From Phoronis australis (taxonomy: Eukaryota; Animalia; Phoronida): 64,000 bases of DNA. Within the stretch, counting starts at the first letter, position 1. Every line of letters starts with the position of its first letter. This document shows, piece after piece, positions 26,121 through 40,299 of this stretch. Both the position numbers and the translations under genes were made by a program. The stretch is taken from positions 260,445-324,444 of the forward strand of contig NMRA01000091.1 of the NCBI GenBank assembly GCA_002633005.1, given 5' to 3'. Under the pieces are notes generated by a model. The model did no database searches. It was given only the letters and a program-made list of their open reading frames with translations, and had not been told where the DNA came from.

Positions 26121-28295
26121 TTAAGAATCACGCTAAACCCCGTCAAGCAGAGCTCAGCTGCATGCAGCAAAGTGTAGTCGCATGAGTGACCACTTCAGTC
26201 ACTTGAGATTGGAAATACGGCCCTAACCACCATGCCTGGAGTTCAGTGTATTCCGAATGTGATGAACTCGGCTCCGTTGAATTCCAGTCGCAAGCACACT
26301 AAAACATACAGACTGGCAGACCTTATATCATCTAACCAATGAGCTATATAGCTCATTGATCTAACACACAGTCGTGAATTGCAGGGAGTTTGCAGCAACA
26401 ATTTATTCTATCTATTGACTGCTACAACACGTATAAAATGCACCAAACATGACACTACAATGAAAGAGGGGCCGTGTGTGTAAAAGGGATAGTATCCGAG
26501 AGAATAATAATTTTACAGAAATTCCCAGTGGCGCGGAATCGAACCGCCGACTCTGCAGTGTAGCTCGGCTAAATCCACACGTTGGTTAGCACAGCAGTCT
26601 GGCAGACAACCATGAGAATTGGCGATTTGTAATAAAACGGCTTTGGGTAAAAGCTATTAACTTCAAGAAGTCTTTCTCATTCAACAATAAAACCAAATTG
26701 TGGCTGGCGTTTTTCGGCTACAAAAACGGCAATGTCTCATTACTGAAAACGGACATGCTTGTGATCCGGCAGCGACACTGTGGATGAGGGGCACAGTTTA
26801 TAGAGAGTAAATTTTCTCTGCTACCCTAACTATCAAAAGCACAAAATTTATTCACTCCTGCACGAGATTCCGAAGAAAGCACCCAAGGGTCGGGTAGGTC
26901 CCAGACTGTTTTCTGGAATTTCAAACAGGTTCATTTTTGCGTTTTAGGGTTACAAACCTAGAATAAGCTGCCACATAAAAGCCGAGGCCCAAGTACAAAT
27001 ACAATAACTTCCCCCATAAGGCCCCATTCTCTAACTACTGCTAAGGGCTGTAATTTCATTCAATAAAGGTGTATATTGGTAACTGCTCAGAGACAAGTAC
27101 TGGTGGACATAAAAAAAATTATCACAACTAAATTCGTTGTATGTTAATTAAAATGGCATTAAAAAGGTGTTGCCTCTCAAAACATAAGATAATCTTCAAA
27201 CCAAGCTCATAGAATTTCAGGTCACACCTTTCGAAGAATTGACCGATGAACATCTGTATGGCAACATCTAACTTGTAAGGTGTGACCTGGTTTATTACAA
27301 ATACCTGGATATTTTCCAATATTCCACAATAAATGACATATAAAAGAAAGAAGAGGGTATCTGTTTAGTTTTACCACCGTGTAATTGTGGTCTAAAGATT
27401 GCCAAAGTCTATGACACTATAGCTGTTCATAACACTGACCCCTTTGCCCGTTGTTAAAACCATTCAATGGATGTGACCAGGGACTGTATCAATATAATAC
27501 TCCTGTTGTCTAGTGATTGGATACAAGGTTAACTTTTCAAAAATGCCTCCAACAATAGAACTTTCCCAGTTTCACAGGAAATTGTCACCAAACTTGTACA
27601 CAAAATTCCAATAGTTATGTCCCATCATTGAACAGAATGCCTGGCGGAGATTTTGCCTTATACTATTGATAAGCCCAATGCATATATTCAGCACTACCAA
27701 ATAATTTACTGCCACATGCACATTTGGATTTGACTACAGGTTCCTAAAGTGCCATCTGTGGAATATATATCGAGTTGAGATAAAAATTAACAAATGTTTC
27801 CTTTTTCAAACACTTAAGTTATTTCTAAATTTTGGTTGGACTAAGAGTCATCAAGTTATTGCTGTTTTTTACAAAACAGCCACTATGATTTTTCCCAAAT
27901 ATGTGCTGCCTGGGACTTACAAGCAGAAATTCCCAGGTGCTAACAATCAATAAAGGATAATACTGTATTTATAGGAATTAAAGAATGCAAACCCTTATCT
28001 TGAAGTGGGGACGTATCTCCTTACACCATATCTTTGTGACTGCTCATTTCATCGGTGGTAAACACTGGCAATTCTCTCACCTTTAACTCACCAGCAGCAC
28101 ACCGTCTGCATTCTGCATTGCTTTTATTTTACTTTTGGATGTGAAGTGACTTTCAAAATGCAGCTCCCCGGTTGCTAACCCCACCAATGCATTAGTATCA
28201 AATTACAAGACACCACAGCAGCGATTGTCAACAACTAATGAGTATAAAAATGTACAAACGTTCCTTGAACAATGGAAGCGTTAATAAGATATCGT

Positions 28296-28812
28296 TCATC
28301 CTAATGCCTTTAGTTTGGCTACAATGTCGGTTAGAAATGATGGATCCCGGTAAGCAATGATTCCACCCCGATTCACCCAGTGATTACAGCCTGATGCCTC
28401 TACACAGTCACTGCGGTGATAACGGACTTGTAGCTCCTCCAGAAGCGATGACAATTCGTTCTTCAAATCCAAATCATTTGGATTAGTAGGAAACCTCTCT
28501 GCCAGTAAATCGCACTGTACAATACCGCCCCCTAGTGACAGCAGTATGGCGTGTGCACCACACGTGTCCCACTTAAATATTGTGTTGACCGTCAATACAT
28601 ACGCTGAGGCAAGGCTATGTGTGACAGCCAGTAGTTTATAGCCAGCACCAGAAGGTGTCAGTAGTTTCCTATCGGATGACAGCTGAGATTTTAGGTCTCG
28701 AGATTCGCTACGACTGGTTAGAATGGGAAGGTTTTCAAATGAAGGCATTGTGCGCAGAGACGACATTTTCACATCTCCGAGTGAAATACCCCAAATGGTA
28801 TTGCTCCTCCAC
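28296..28812 (-). CDS. INPP1: INPP1-like last coding exon (WRSNTIWGIS...GAGYK...KWDTCGAHAILLSLGG...*)
   Basis: cacag acceptor; GAGYK and KWD motifs of the inositol monophosphatase superfamily; spliced CDS 1179 nt = 392 aa with one exon-2 copy. Confidence 0.93.
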
Positions 28813-30000
28813 CTGTGAAGAGTATAATAGACAGTAAAAGACAAAAGTAACCAGACAAAATACTATGTGCCCCTCGGAATGGCTAATTCTCTTGCCAGCA
28901 AATATGACTGGTAATAACTATTATGGTGGTAAAATTCTAACTACAGAAAGGCTTGGCCACCTTTACTAATTTTCCACTTATTAACTCCTTTTCATTCTCG
29001 GCCACGAGGATTGTCTACTCTGATGACGAATTCGATGTCCACCAAGCCGCCATGACGGAGAATTCAGAGACATTTAGTCTCAGTCAACACTTTGGTGCGG
29101 GGTAAGTGTAAAATGAATAGAATTGAGAACACTGACCAGTAAGTGATTCATTTCAATTTTACCGCATCAAACTTTGGTTTTTATGACAATGGCTGCAAAT
29201 GTTTCAAAGTCAAAGTGTACTAAACAGGTGAGAAATATAATTACTTATGACTTCTGTTTGCAACATTAGCAAAGGCCCCATTTCATGAAGCTTTAGGGCT
29301 AACTTAAGACAAATCTGTGTCTTTACCCAGTTTCAAGAAATTCTTAAGAAAAAAGAAAAGTGAAGACTGAAATAAGTCACTGCTGAGACGGAAAATAAGC
29401 CTGCTGGCTTAAAATCGGATTTTTTGGTCTAAATGACAAAAATATACAACTGTCTTCACTGTAATCTGTTAAGGAATAAATTTAATGGCCAAAACAATGT
29501 CAAATTTAAGATCTTCTTTCCATTCAGGAACCAGCAAAGCATCATAAAAACAAGGCTATGCGACTTACCTGCACGTCTAAAGTCAATATTTCCCAGCTAT
29601 ACCAGTACTTTCTCAAATACCGAAAATTCCACTCATATTTAGGGCTCCCCAGAGTGGTACATAGATTTTCATTTAAAAGTTTCTACACAAGTATAATTCT
29701 TAAAAACTAGATTTAACACATCACACAGACTAAGCTGAAGACATTCCAACACATGATGAACGTGTGACACTCTTTGGCTAACACAGGGTCTTTAGGTAAC
29801 TCGGAAAAAGCCAAAATGGAGGAGCTGTTGTAACAGTCACCAGAGACGTACATTGACTAATCCAAGATGTCATCTGTTTATGAGGTCAGTATAAACCTAT
29901 GGGTTGTTCATAGAACTAGTAGCTGGTGAGCTGTCATGTTGGTTTGAACAGGTCCTTCTATCGTGTAATCCCTTTCAAATCATAATCTAAGGATGTTTAA

Positions 30001-30544
30001 AGAGGCATGGAACACGAAAACTCTGCAAAAATACCTTTTAAACAATTCCGGACGAAAGTACCATCTCGCAGCATCTAGTACGAAGTAATTCAACTTCGCC
30101 TGAGAGGAAATTTCCAGAAAAAATCGCAAAATTCACGATTTTTGAAACACGCGCAAAGGAAAACTCTGTGTGGTACCACAGAGTTTCTAATCTCCATCCC
30201 ACTTATGATAAATGCGCACATGTGCTCACAGTCAATTGCTTGAAGTCGCTTGAGGTCATAGGTCACATTTTCCATGTAAGGGAATTGTGCTACATCTATG
30301 TCTTACCATACCACAGGAGACCTGCTTTGCCTTGTGGAAGAAAAATCGACAAAATCGACAGGAGCTGACAAACAGTTTTTTTTGAAATTTGAAGCTAAAA
30401 GAAAATGCTTTGATATCAACAGATATTAAAAATCTTTACGAACAAACCGTAAAAATACCTGGTGAGCAGGTTGAATTCTGTTTCAGTGGCAGAGAACCAC
30501 TTTCAATATTGCAATTTAGTGTGTTTATTGCGTTCCAAGTCTCT
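30001..30544. mobile_element. Kolobok-like MITE
   Basis: TTAA on both sides; TIR AGAGGCATGGAAC / GTTCCAAGTCTCT with RR termini. Confidence 0.7.
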
Positions 30545-30707
30545 TTAACCTTGAGCCGGACAATTAATATGACATGCATCATTGCCAATGTTGAACTGTA
30601 CCACAGTTTAAAACATAATGTTCCATATTACTGATTTTCATGCACTCGTCAATGTATACCATTGCTTACACTGAACACACCTAGGGGCACAGCATGAGCT
30701 GACTTAC

Positions 30708-30885
30708 CGTTTGCTGTCCGTGTCTAAACAAAAGAATGGCTGACTAATCACCCCAATGACCGGGAGACCGGTGGTAGCATCGAAGGCGCCTAACAGAACA
30801 GTAACACACTGCAGACCAGTCAGGAACACCCCACTACTGTCAGGTGTGGCGTTTTCTATGCCTTGAATGTACTGGGCTGTAGAGT
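30708..30885 (-). CDS. INPP1: INPP1-like coding exon 5 (DSTAQYIQG...GLQCVTVLLGAFDATTGLPVIGVISQPF)
   Basis: ttgtag acceptor, CG|GTAAGT donor; completes DPIDST; translated by hand. Confidence 0.92.
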
Positions 30886-32389
30886 CTACAAGTGAAGGAT
30901 AACAAGTCAGCGTAGAATTTGTGTAGAGTAATTTTAATTAATAAATTGTGGGCTAGCTTCCTGCGTGATTCATGGTTTTAATATGCGACAAGCCAACTGC
31001 CCTATTTTTGTCAAACTTCCTAAACTTGAAGGTGTTTTCACATAACTCAAAAAATGATTAGTTTTAATTTAGACTACTTATTATTGTGAAATTAATCTAA
31101 ACTTGTTCTTTACCGAGTTGGAGGGGATTTGAGGGCTTGGAAAGAACTACCATTTGTAATTGTCTGAAACCAGGTGTGCCTTCTGCAGACACGAATGCAA
31201 GGTCACGCAAGACTGCGAAATATCACCATGTATTGCAAGCGAAGCATGTGATCACACTAGCTTCTATCAAAGGATTCTATAGTTTAAAGACCACAACGTG
31301 CTCCACCACTTGGCTTGTCATGCTGGGTCCCTAAATGCACAGTGCCTGATCTCAAGCAATAACCAAATGTCAGTTCTTCCTAACCCTCACGCCCCACATT
31401 TAAACAGAGTATGCAACAGTTATATAGCAGAATGCGCTTTAAAGCAAAAATAGATTATGAGTTTATATTTGCTTTCAATGTGTAAATAAAGCAAAATAAT
31501 TATTAATATGTACTTTCCTTATTCAAACTATTAAAAAATATGGTTTCTAAGGTGGTTTACTATTAAGTAAACCTCTACGCTCCTTCGTTCATTTTGCGTA
31601 TTGTGAAACAAACACTCAAGTCGTAATTAAGACTTGTGAAGCCAACTGTGTTAATGTAGAACCACAAGTTTCAGAGGACAACTTTGCCAAGGCCAACATC
31701 GATCTTGTTACTAAGCAGCCCAATAGAGACCGTTCAATGACAAAGTATTGTCACTGTTATAAGGGATACTCCTGAACATGCTCATCAGAGGAGCGTGGCT
31801 CAGTTTGAACATCTACCAAACACGTGCGCATCATTGACATTGCTTGAAATGATTTTCAATGCAATTCACTGAGATCAAATCTGATTTAGTGTTAAGTGAA
31901 GATTTCAAATCCGAATAGCAAAGCTTAAGTTCTACACTATGAAAAATTAGTTGCAAGTGTTTATGCATTACCACTACAGGATGACCTGGGTCAACTGGAT
32001 ATGCTCCAAGAACAGGGCTATTAGGTGCTAAACGAGAGTTATACGCAATATGTTACGAGTATAGGATTGTATGTTTATTCTTACAAGTAATTAGTAACTT
32101 AGTGGCTAAATGTTGAATGCACTAGTTGAAGGCACTCGGGATAACACTGGTTAGCACCGGGTTCAGCCTAACTGTATGATTGAAGATTGCACATATCAAT
32201 ATCAAGAGTTGTAACTTTTCTTCATGCATTTTTTGTGTGCATAAAGTTGATTGTTTCGACGCTTACATGTAGAAAAAAAGACACTTGATACTGAAACATC
32301 TACAAGGACATCACACAGAGACGACGCCAATATGCACTCACCTACATGTGTGTCGATGCATAAAAACGTGTTGGTGTTAAGACTATTAC

Positions 32390-32536
32390 CTATAGGGTCC
32401 ACCCATATGCCTATATTCTCTATTGCTACGTCTACATTCAGCTTAGAGAGGTCTTCGTCCATCTCTATGGTGACAGGGGCATGAACCTCACTAGCCAGTG
32501 CATTTGCTGCCTCTTGGTGGCCATCTAACACCTTAA
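32390..32536 (-). CDS. INPP1: INPP1-like coding exon 4 (KVLDGHQEAANALASEVH...GIWVDPI)
   Basis: ttgcag acceptor, G|GTAATA donor, phases match flanking exons; start of the WVDPIDST motif. Confidence 0.92.
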
Positions 32537-32672
32537 CTGCAACAATTAATGGAATTATAAATATGTAAATCTTGAACCGGCGTGGAAATACAGATCACAA
32601 GCATTTTAAGTCTGGTCTGCACGCCACCTGTTGGCAACATCATATGACCTAATGAACTTAAGTCTGAAAAGA

Positions 32673-32755
32673 TTTCTGCCCAACCGGGACTCAAACCCAG
32701 GACCTTCTGCTAACCGTGAAGATACTCGAGCCATTGAGCCATTGGGACCACTGGT
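32673..32755 (-). mobile_element. tRNA-derived SINE-like head
   Basis: Minus strand A-box TGGCTCAATGG and B-box GGTTTGAGTCC; not a clean cloverleaf. Confidence 0.55.
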
Positions 32756-33173
32756 CAAACACAGAAATCCAATCAGACTTAGCAGTGGGCATCTCGCCCA
32801 TCAACTATGTCCAAAAACACTTAGGAATACAAAATGCAATACACAAAACTTATTTCTCGTTTAATAATACGATTAAAGCTTCTGCAAATTAGAACACAAT
32901 ATGACAGGACAGTAAAATTTCATTTTATCAAAAATTTCAACCAGTTAACAAAAAGACAGTTTTACCTGATTATTTGAAAACTGTTTTGTTCAGCTGCCAT
33001 CAACAACCACGAGATGAAATTTTGAACACTTTTGGCAGTGCAGTGAGAATTTGAAAAAACGAAAAATGACCTTTTTGGCCATTATTTGTGTTCAAATTTC
33101 AGGAAAGTTTACCATAATCAAGATATAATGTTTCAGGAGGTACACAGTTCAGCAAGCACACTGCTATACAAAC

Positions 33174-33291
33174 CTAATAATTTACTAGTCTCAGGCTTTG
33201 TTGGTTTCACCTCGACAGCGATCTTCTCCCCTAGTATGTTGGTGAATGTGTTAGACTCTTCACCATGAATGTTATCCATGAGCTCTGGGTA
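33174..33291 (-). CDS. INPP1: INPP1-like coding exon 3 (YPELMDNIHGEESNTFTNILGEKIAVEVKPTKPETSKLL)
   Basis: cctag acceptor, G|GTTTGT donor; GEESN metal-binding motif; not in the ORF track, translated by hand. Confidence 0.9.
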
Positions 33292-34914
33292 CTAGGAGTG
33301 AACAGTACAGGTAACGGATCGGTTACAAGAAACAAAAGCAACATTCCACAAATGTCATACCTAATCCTAACTTAACTTGTGCCAGTTGCCACAATTTTAA
33401 GACTTTTCATAGTTTTGGCCCGGATGTCAGCCTTTTCCAAAATCAGATGTCTCTCAGAAGAATCTATTATATAAAATGCATCGTTTGCAAAACTCTGTCT
33501 CCCTCGCTCCACGACAGACCTTCGTTGAGCCCGTTTCGGCACCGGCTCGTTTCCAGGTATTGCACAGACCCCCAATTTGTATTCAAGGTGTTCTATTTTT
33601 TTCTCGCAGGCCGTTCTTTCGCGGACGCGGAGGGAGGGTGGCCAGTTTCGTAATGGCCTGGGTGACATCACTCCGTCTCCTTAATTTCACTCCCTCCGGC
33701 TTGTCGCGTGTATAATTCATCGGGCCTGTCGCCGCTAAAATGAATGATGCTTCATTAAAATTCTTTTACTCTTCCTTGAGTAAACTAAATAATTTACCCA
33801 GGTGTTAGAAAATTGGCGTTCTTCAGTTATTGTGCTGATAAAATTGCCCAATTTCAGAACATACTCTCTAGAGATATCACGAAATTTTAGGAAATGGTGT
33901 GTACCTGCGCGTGTCACGAGTGCGCACTGTTTTTAAAGCGACGTCAGATTTTCCTTAGTTACAAGGCGGAGAATTACGAAAAATAACGTTTATTAGATTT
34001 TTTTACTTCTATGAATGGCTGTAATGGGCAAGGTGAATGTCGGTTCATTCCCAGATTTTGCATTCACCCCTGCAGGTTGTTAGCTCTAAGTTTCACGACG
34101 AGGTGATGAGATTAGCACCCGGGTTGTGTGAAATTTTGGTGTTTAAGAGATCTCTATACGCCGCTACCTAACTGCAGTATATACATTTATGATGCAACTT
34201 TTGTAACTATACATCTACATACTTTGTGCACTATACAATATTTTAAATGAATTCTTAGTTTTCATTTTAAAAGAATATTTGATTACCGTACTTTTGTGTT
34301 ATGACAGGGCCAAATGTTCTGGAAAGAAATTTGTACTGCGTGAGGAAAGAATCCCGCAGCCACACACCTTGCCTACTAAAATCTGACAGTGACAGAAATT
34401 CTGATTTGAACACGGTCTCTTCAAGAAGTATTCCTGTCTCTTGCGATGAACACTCGGTTCACTCTTATAGGTGTACTTATTTCCCCTCGGCGTTTCCCAC
34501 TAGCTGCTACCCGTGCTTTTGCACGGGTAACGGCTAGTTCTGTTTCTTGACCTACAATGTAATGTTATTTTTTATGCAAGAAACGATCTTAATTGATTCC
34601 CACAAACGAATCCTACAGTAGCCATATATATTGTAACCCTTGTTTAGGATGTGCTTTGTTTGGCCCACTCCATCATAGCACATCCATACTTTGTATGCAC
34701 CACTACGGCATTTACTCTTCACAAGAATCACAAATTTCAAAAAGCCTCAAGTTGCACAAAAGTATAACTGAGCATTCAATCTCCTCGCAGGCACGAGCAA
34801 CGCTGGACCTTCGCCAGATGATAACAGGAGTCTCCGGTTCCACATGACCAATTAAAAAACTTAATTAAAAACTCTTCCACCGAGACCTGCAAAATTGTCG
34901 TAAGGCAAGCCTAC

Positions 34915-35040
34915 CTGTTTGCCCAGCTCATGACGTATTGTCTCCTGAATCAGCACATCAGCCAATGTTTTGAAGTCGTGCAGGAACTTCTTGTTCTTCT
35001 GTTCGCCAGTTTTTTCCTCAACCAACAGGTCCAATAATGA
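34915..35040 (-). CDS. INPP1: INPP1-like coding exon 2, copy A (identical to 37803-37928)
   Basis: Same sequence and splice sites as copy B; lies in the tandem duplication. Confidence 0.85.
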
Positions 35041-36998
35041 CTGAGGAAGACAGAAGAAGAAAGCGCTAGATTTACTATTAGATGGGTAGGGATGAAGATA
35101 GAAATCAAGACCATATTGGAGAGAAAAGGAAACACTGGGCGAGAATGATGTACATGGTACACATGAAACAGAAGTCCAAAGCTTCACTGGGTGGCGCTAG
35201 TGAGGCAACCATCCAACTAGGAGAAATTCTTGCAATCACGGACCCGGGTTTTATCTTTTGTACTCGAAATCGAAATCAAAATTTGTTTGACATTTTTCAC
35301 TCTACTAATTTTGTGCAAACTCAAGATAAGCGTCAGTCTTCTATGGTCGAGTAATAATGGATACATAATGGTTTACAAGGACCACTGTCGAATCCTAGTT
35401 TGCACTTGAAGGTCCGGCAATTAAAGCTAAAATTTTAGTTAGAACTCGAAATCTCTAGTTTTCACTGGAGTTTGTAGCTTGAATCTTGGGTTGTCAGGTG
35501 ATGACTTGGACTTCCTATGCGTAAACCATAACATATGTACTAGAGTACAGGATGAGGACAGTTATATTGAGTTTGTATGTTAAGTAGGATGCCAGAATGT
35601 CAACTATAATTTTGATTAGTAGTATGAACATTAGACTCCTGACCAAGGTATGGAAATCTCTAACCAATAGGGCCGACCCGCAATACACGGCGATATAACT
35701 CTCCTTTGTCCCGTAGANGTTACAAGAAACAAGAGCAACATTCTACAAATGTCGTACCTAATCCTAACTTAACTCGTGCCAGTTGCCACAATTTTAAGAC
35801 TTTTCATAGTTTTGGCCCGGATGTCAGCCTTTTCCAAAATCAGATGTCTCTCAGAAGAATCTATTATATAAAATGCATCGTTTGCACAAACTCCGTCTCC
35901 CTCGCTCCACTACAGACTTTCGTTGAGCCCGTTTCGGCACCGGCTTTTGTTTCCAGGTATTGCACCGGCCCCCAATTTGTATTCGAGGTGTTCTATTTTT
36001 TTCTCGCAGGCCGTTTTTTCGCGAACGCAGAGGGAGGGTGGCCAGTTTCGTACTGGCCTGAGTGACATCACTCCGTCGGCTTAATTTGACTCCTTCCAGC
36101 TTCTGTCGTGTATATAATTCATCGGGCCTGTCGCCGCTAAAATGAATGATGCCTCATTAAAATTCTTTTTTTCTTCCTTGAGTAAACTAAATAATTTACC
36201 CAGGTGTTAGAAAATTGGCGTTCTTCAGTTATTGTGCTGCTAAAATTGCCCAATTTCAGAACAACTCTCTAGAGATATTGCAAAATTTTAGGAAATGGTG
36301 CGTACATGCGCGTGTCACGAGTGCGCACTGTTTTTAAAACGACGTCAGATTTTCCTTAGTTACAAGGCGGAGAATTGTGAAACATAATGTTTATTAGATT
36401 TTTCTACTTCTATGAATAGCTGTAATGGGCAAGGTGAATGTCGGTTCATTCCCAGATTCTGCATTCACCCCTGCAGGTAGTTAGCTCTAAATTTCACGAC
36501 GAGGTGATGAGATTAGCACCCGGGTTGTGTGAAATTTGGGTGTTTAAGAGAGCTCTATACGCCGCTACCTAGGTGCAGTATATACATTTATGATGCAACT
36601 TTTGTAACTATACATCTATATACTTTGTGCACTATACAATATTTTAAATGAATTCTTAGTTTTCATTTTAAAAGAATATCTGATTACCGTACTTTTGTGT
36701 TATGACAGGGCCAAATGTTCTGGAAAGAAATTAGTACTGCATGAGGAAAGAATCCCGCAGCCGCACACTTTGCCTACTAAAATCTGACAGTGACAGAAAT
36801 TCTGCTTTGAACACCCGTCTCTTCAAGAAGTATTCCTGTCTCTTGCGATGAACACTCGGTTCACTCTTATAGGTGTACCTATTTCCCCTCGGCGTTTCCA
36901 ACTAGTTGCTACCCGTGCGAAAGCACGGGTAACGGCTAGTTCCGTTTCTTGACCTACAAATGTAATGTTATTTTTTATGCAAGAAACGGTCTTAAAAT

Positions 36999-37454
36999 CA
37001 GGGCTTGGAATGACTAATGGCGAAAAGCGCGGAAATTTTTACGGCCCGAAACATGCGCGCAGCCAGCCTTGAAAAAGTCGGTGTGGAGACCTTTTGCCGA
37101 CAACGGTACCACCTCCGGAAGCGCGCGTCTGCGTCTGTCTTAGCTCGTCCGCCACTCCCACCTCCAAACATTTTTGGCTGCAGAGTCGTAGTATTCGTCA
37201 CCGTGGTTAACAATCACACGAGCCGCCATTGAGGAAATCCACCACGCTATCCCAGATGCCCCGGCAATGTTGACAATTTACGTTCCTCCGAAACATAAAG
37301 AGCAATTTCCGCTTTTCGAGGTGAAAGTCGTCGGCAACGCGGTGGTAAGAAATATGCCACGGAAATTTTATATCAAATACGATTTTTTTTTTACGCGGAA
37401 ATACAATAAAATACACGGACAGAACATTTGAAAAAAGCGGAAATCCGAGCCCTG
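36999..37454. mobile_element. 456-bp hAT-like insertion present in only one duplicate copy
   Basis: TIR CAGGGCTTGGAAT / ATCCGAGCCCTG; 6-bp direct repeat TAAAAT; absent at the homologous site ~34590. Confidence 0.8.
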
Positions 37455-37802
37455 TAAAATTATACAATATTTGATTCCCACAAACGAATCCTACAGTAGC
37501 AACATATATTGTAACCTCTGTTTAGGATGTGCTTTGTTTGGCCCTCTCCATCATAGCATATCCATACTTTGAATGCACATGTATCCACCACTACGGCATT
37601 TACTCTTCACAAGAATCACAAATTTCAAAAAGCCTCAAGTTGCACAAAAGTATAACTGAGCATTCAATTTCCTCGCAGACACGAGCAACGCTGGACCTAC
37701 ACCAGATGACAACAGGAGTCTCCACTTCCACATGACCAATTAAAATACTTAATTAAAAACTCTTCCACCAAGACCTGCAAAATTGTCGTAATGCAAGCCT
37801 AC

Positions 37803-37928
37803 CTGTTTGCCCAGCTCATGACGTATTGTCTCCTGAATCAGCACATCAGCCAATGTTTTGAAGTCGTGCAGGAACTTCTTGTTCTTCTGTTCGCCAGTTT
37901 TTTCCTCAACCAACAGGTCCAATAATGA
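37803..37928 (-). CDS. INPP1: INPP1-like coding exon 2, copy B (SLLDLLVEEKTGEQKNKKFLHDFKTLADVLIQETIRHELGKQ)
   Basis: cctcag acceptor, CAG|GTAGGC donor, 126 nt, phase 0/0; DFKTLADVL motif of INPP1. Confidence 0.85.
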
Positions 37929-40299
37929 CTGAGGAAGACAGAAGAAGAAAGCGCTAGATTTACTATTAGATGGGTAGGGATGAAGATAGAAATCAAGACC
38001 ATATAGGAGAGAAAAGGAAACACTGGGCGAGAATGATGTACATGGTACACATAAAACGGAAGTCCAAAGCTTCACTGGGTGGCGCTAGTGAGGCAACCAT
38101 CCAACTAGGAGAAATTCTTGCAATCAGGGACCCGGGTTTTATCTTTTGTACTCGAAATCGAAATCAAAATTTGTTTGACATATTTCACTCTACTAATTTT
38201 GTACAAACTCAAGATAAGCGTCTATTCTTCTGTGGTCGAGTAATTATGGATACATAATGGTTTACATGGACCACTGTCGAATCCTAGTTTGCACTTGAAA
38301 GTCCGGCCATTAAAGCTAAAATTTTAGTTTGAAATTGAAGTCTCTAGTTTTCACTGGAGTTTTTAGCTTGAATCTTGGGTTGTCAGGTGATGACTTGGAC
38401 TTCCTAAGCGTAAACCATAATATATGTACTAGAGTACAGGATGAGGACAGTTATATTGAGTTTGTATGTTAAGTAGGATGCCAGAATGTCAACTATAATT
38501 TTGATTAGTAGTATGAACATTAGACTCCTGACCAAGGTATGGAAAACTCTAACCAATAGGGCCGACCCGCAATACACGGCGATATAACTCTCCTTTGTCC
38601 CGTAGATAACAAAGCGTGTGAGCTCTCATTTTGGAAATCAGGCACCTTTTCGAGTCTCTCATTGATGTCGGGAAAGTGAAGAATTTCAGATCATGCATCC
38701 ACGGGTATTTTGTTCAGTTCATCACACTTTCTCAATCATGTGGGAGTTAGAGCCCACAGAACAGCAGTAATACTTCGCTGGCATTGGAAGGACGAATAGA
38801 GTAATGCAAGCAAGAAAAATCAGTAAAGAATAAGACTACAATAAATAACATGTGGAATTCCAGTGGCACAAAAACGAGGCGGCAAATGTGCCTAACGGAC
38901 GTTTATGGCATTGTGGGTAAATACAGTGAGATTCGAGTGTCGCTGGGTAATCTCGGACGGCCCTATTACAGACAAAATAACGAACAAAACTGATCACTGC
39001 CATCCACAGTCAATGCTTCCTATTGCATGAACAAGCTTGTATTTAAAACCTGTGTTGAGTTGAGTAACCATCAAGAACTGCTGTTTTTATGTAGTTGCAC
39101 ATTACAAAAGTATGGATTTGTATAAAAAATCAATAGAATTAAAACTCTCCAGAGATAGACATCTATAAACGAATCCCCAAGACATACCAACGTGTTACGA
39201 CAGCTATGGTTCACTAGCCAACTACGGTTGTTTTACCAACTAGGTTATCATTAACACACTATTGAATAAAGCCAGCAAGGATAAGAAAAACATAGCTACC
39301 TCTGACCAGGGTTCGAATTTAGCCCTACAGAAACCACTGCTAGAAGGTAGTGTTTTACATTGGCCGCCAGGGGCAACCTGACTGTAGGTCAGGCAATAAA
39401 AGTATTGAAACATCTGCCAGCTAGTTAAGTATTCCTCCTGCTAGACAAGAAATCCACTGGCTATTAGGATACGACACTTGACGACGAAGAAATGTGAACC
39501 CAAAGCAAACTGAGATGCTAGTAACTGTAAGCGAATTCTGTAACTTCCAAAAGAAGGAGGAAAACCAACATTACACAGGTCATTGGGTTTGACTCATATC
39601 GACACTCAAGACATAAATAGTCCCTCACTTACCATTCAAGACTTGTACCACAGGCTACGTAAACGTTTCAATCGAAGAAGCAACAAACGGGTATGCATGC
39701 ATGCATACAGATAATCCTGTAAGTTCCTCCTCACCAAGTCCAAAAATATTAATGTACAGTGCAGGCCCCATCATTCAAGACATTTTTTCACTTTTAAGGG
39801 CAATTTGATCACGTATCTTGCTGCCAGAACAGCACCTTGCCAAACATTTCAAATAAATCAAAAATCTGCCATATCTAAGACACATTTTTCAATGAACAAC
39901 AAAATGAGGGTGATAAAAAACGTCAAAGGCCAACTGGTGAAAGATCAAGATTTCGGTGACTGACGAGACGCATTCATTATAGGTCCAAGTTATTGACAAG
40001 TGTCAGTTAGACAAGTTATCAACAAAGCTTATAACCCCAGAGGTCCTCAATCAAGACAAGTGACTTGACCTGGTTTCCCAACGCTGACAAGACGCTACAA
40101 GTCCACAACAAACGGAGTCTTCATGCAAGCTGTAAATGTCTCCAGACTACCTTTCAACACAGTGAACTCGGATGTTGCATCGAAACTCACCGCCATATCT
40201 CCTCTGTTCCTGTATCATAACCTATTAACAGCTGCCGCGTCAATACATGGAAATAGAACAGTTGGCCAAGCTCCTCATTCTCAAGAGATGTTTTACCTT

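Larger units (their letters stand above)
33322..38606 (+). repeat. Tandem segmental duplication (33322-35717 and 35719-38606), possibly two haplotypes
   Basis: Colinear copies with scattered substitutions/indels joined at a single N (35718). Confidence 0.9.

Noticed and set aside
26525-26580. tRNA gene on the minus strand
   Set aside because: Only a B-box-like GGTTCGATTCC with decayed remainder; probably a SINE relic
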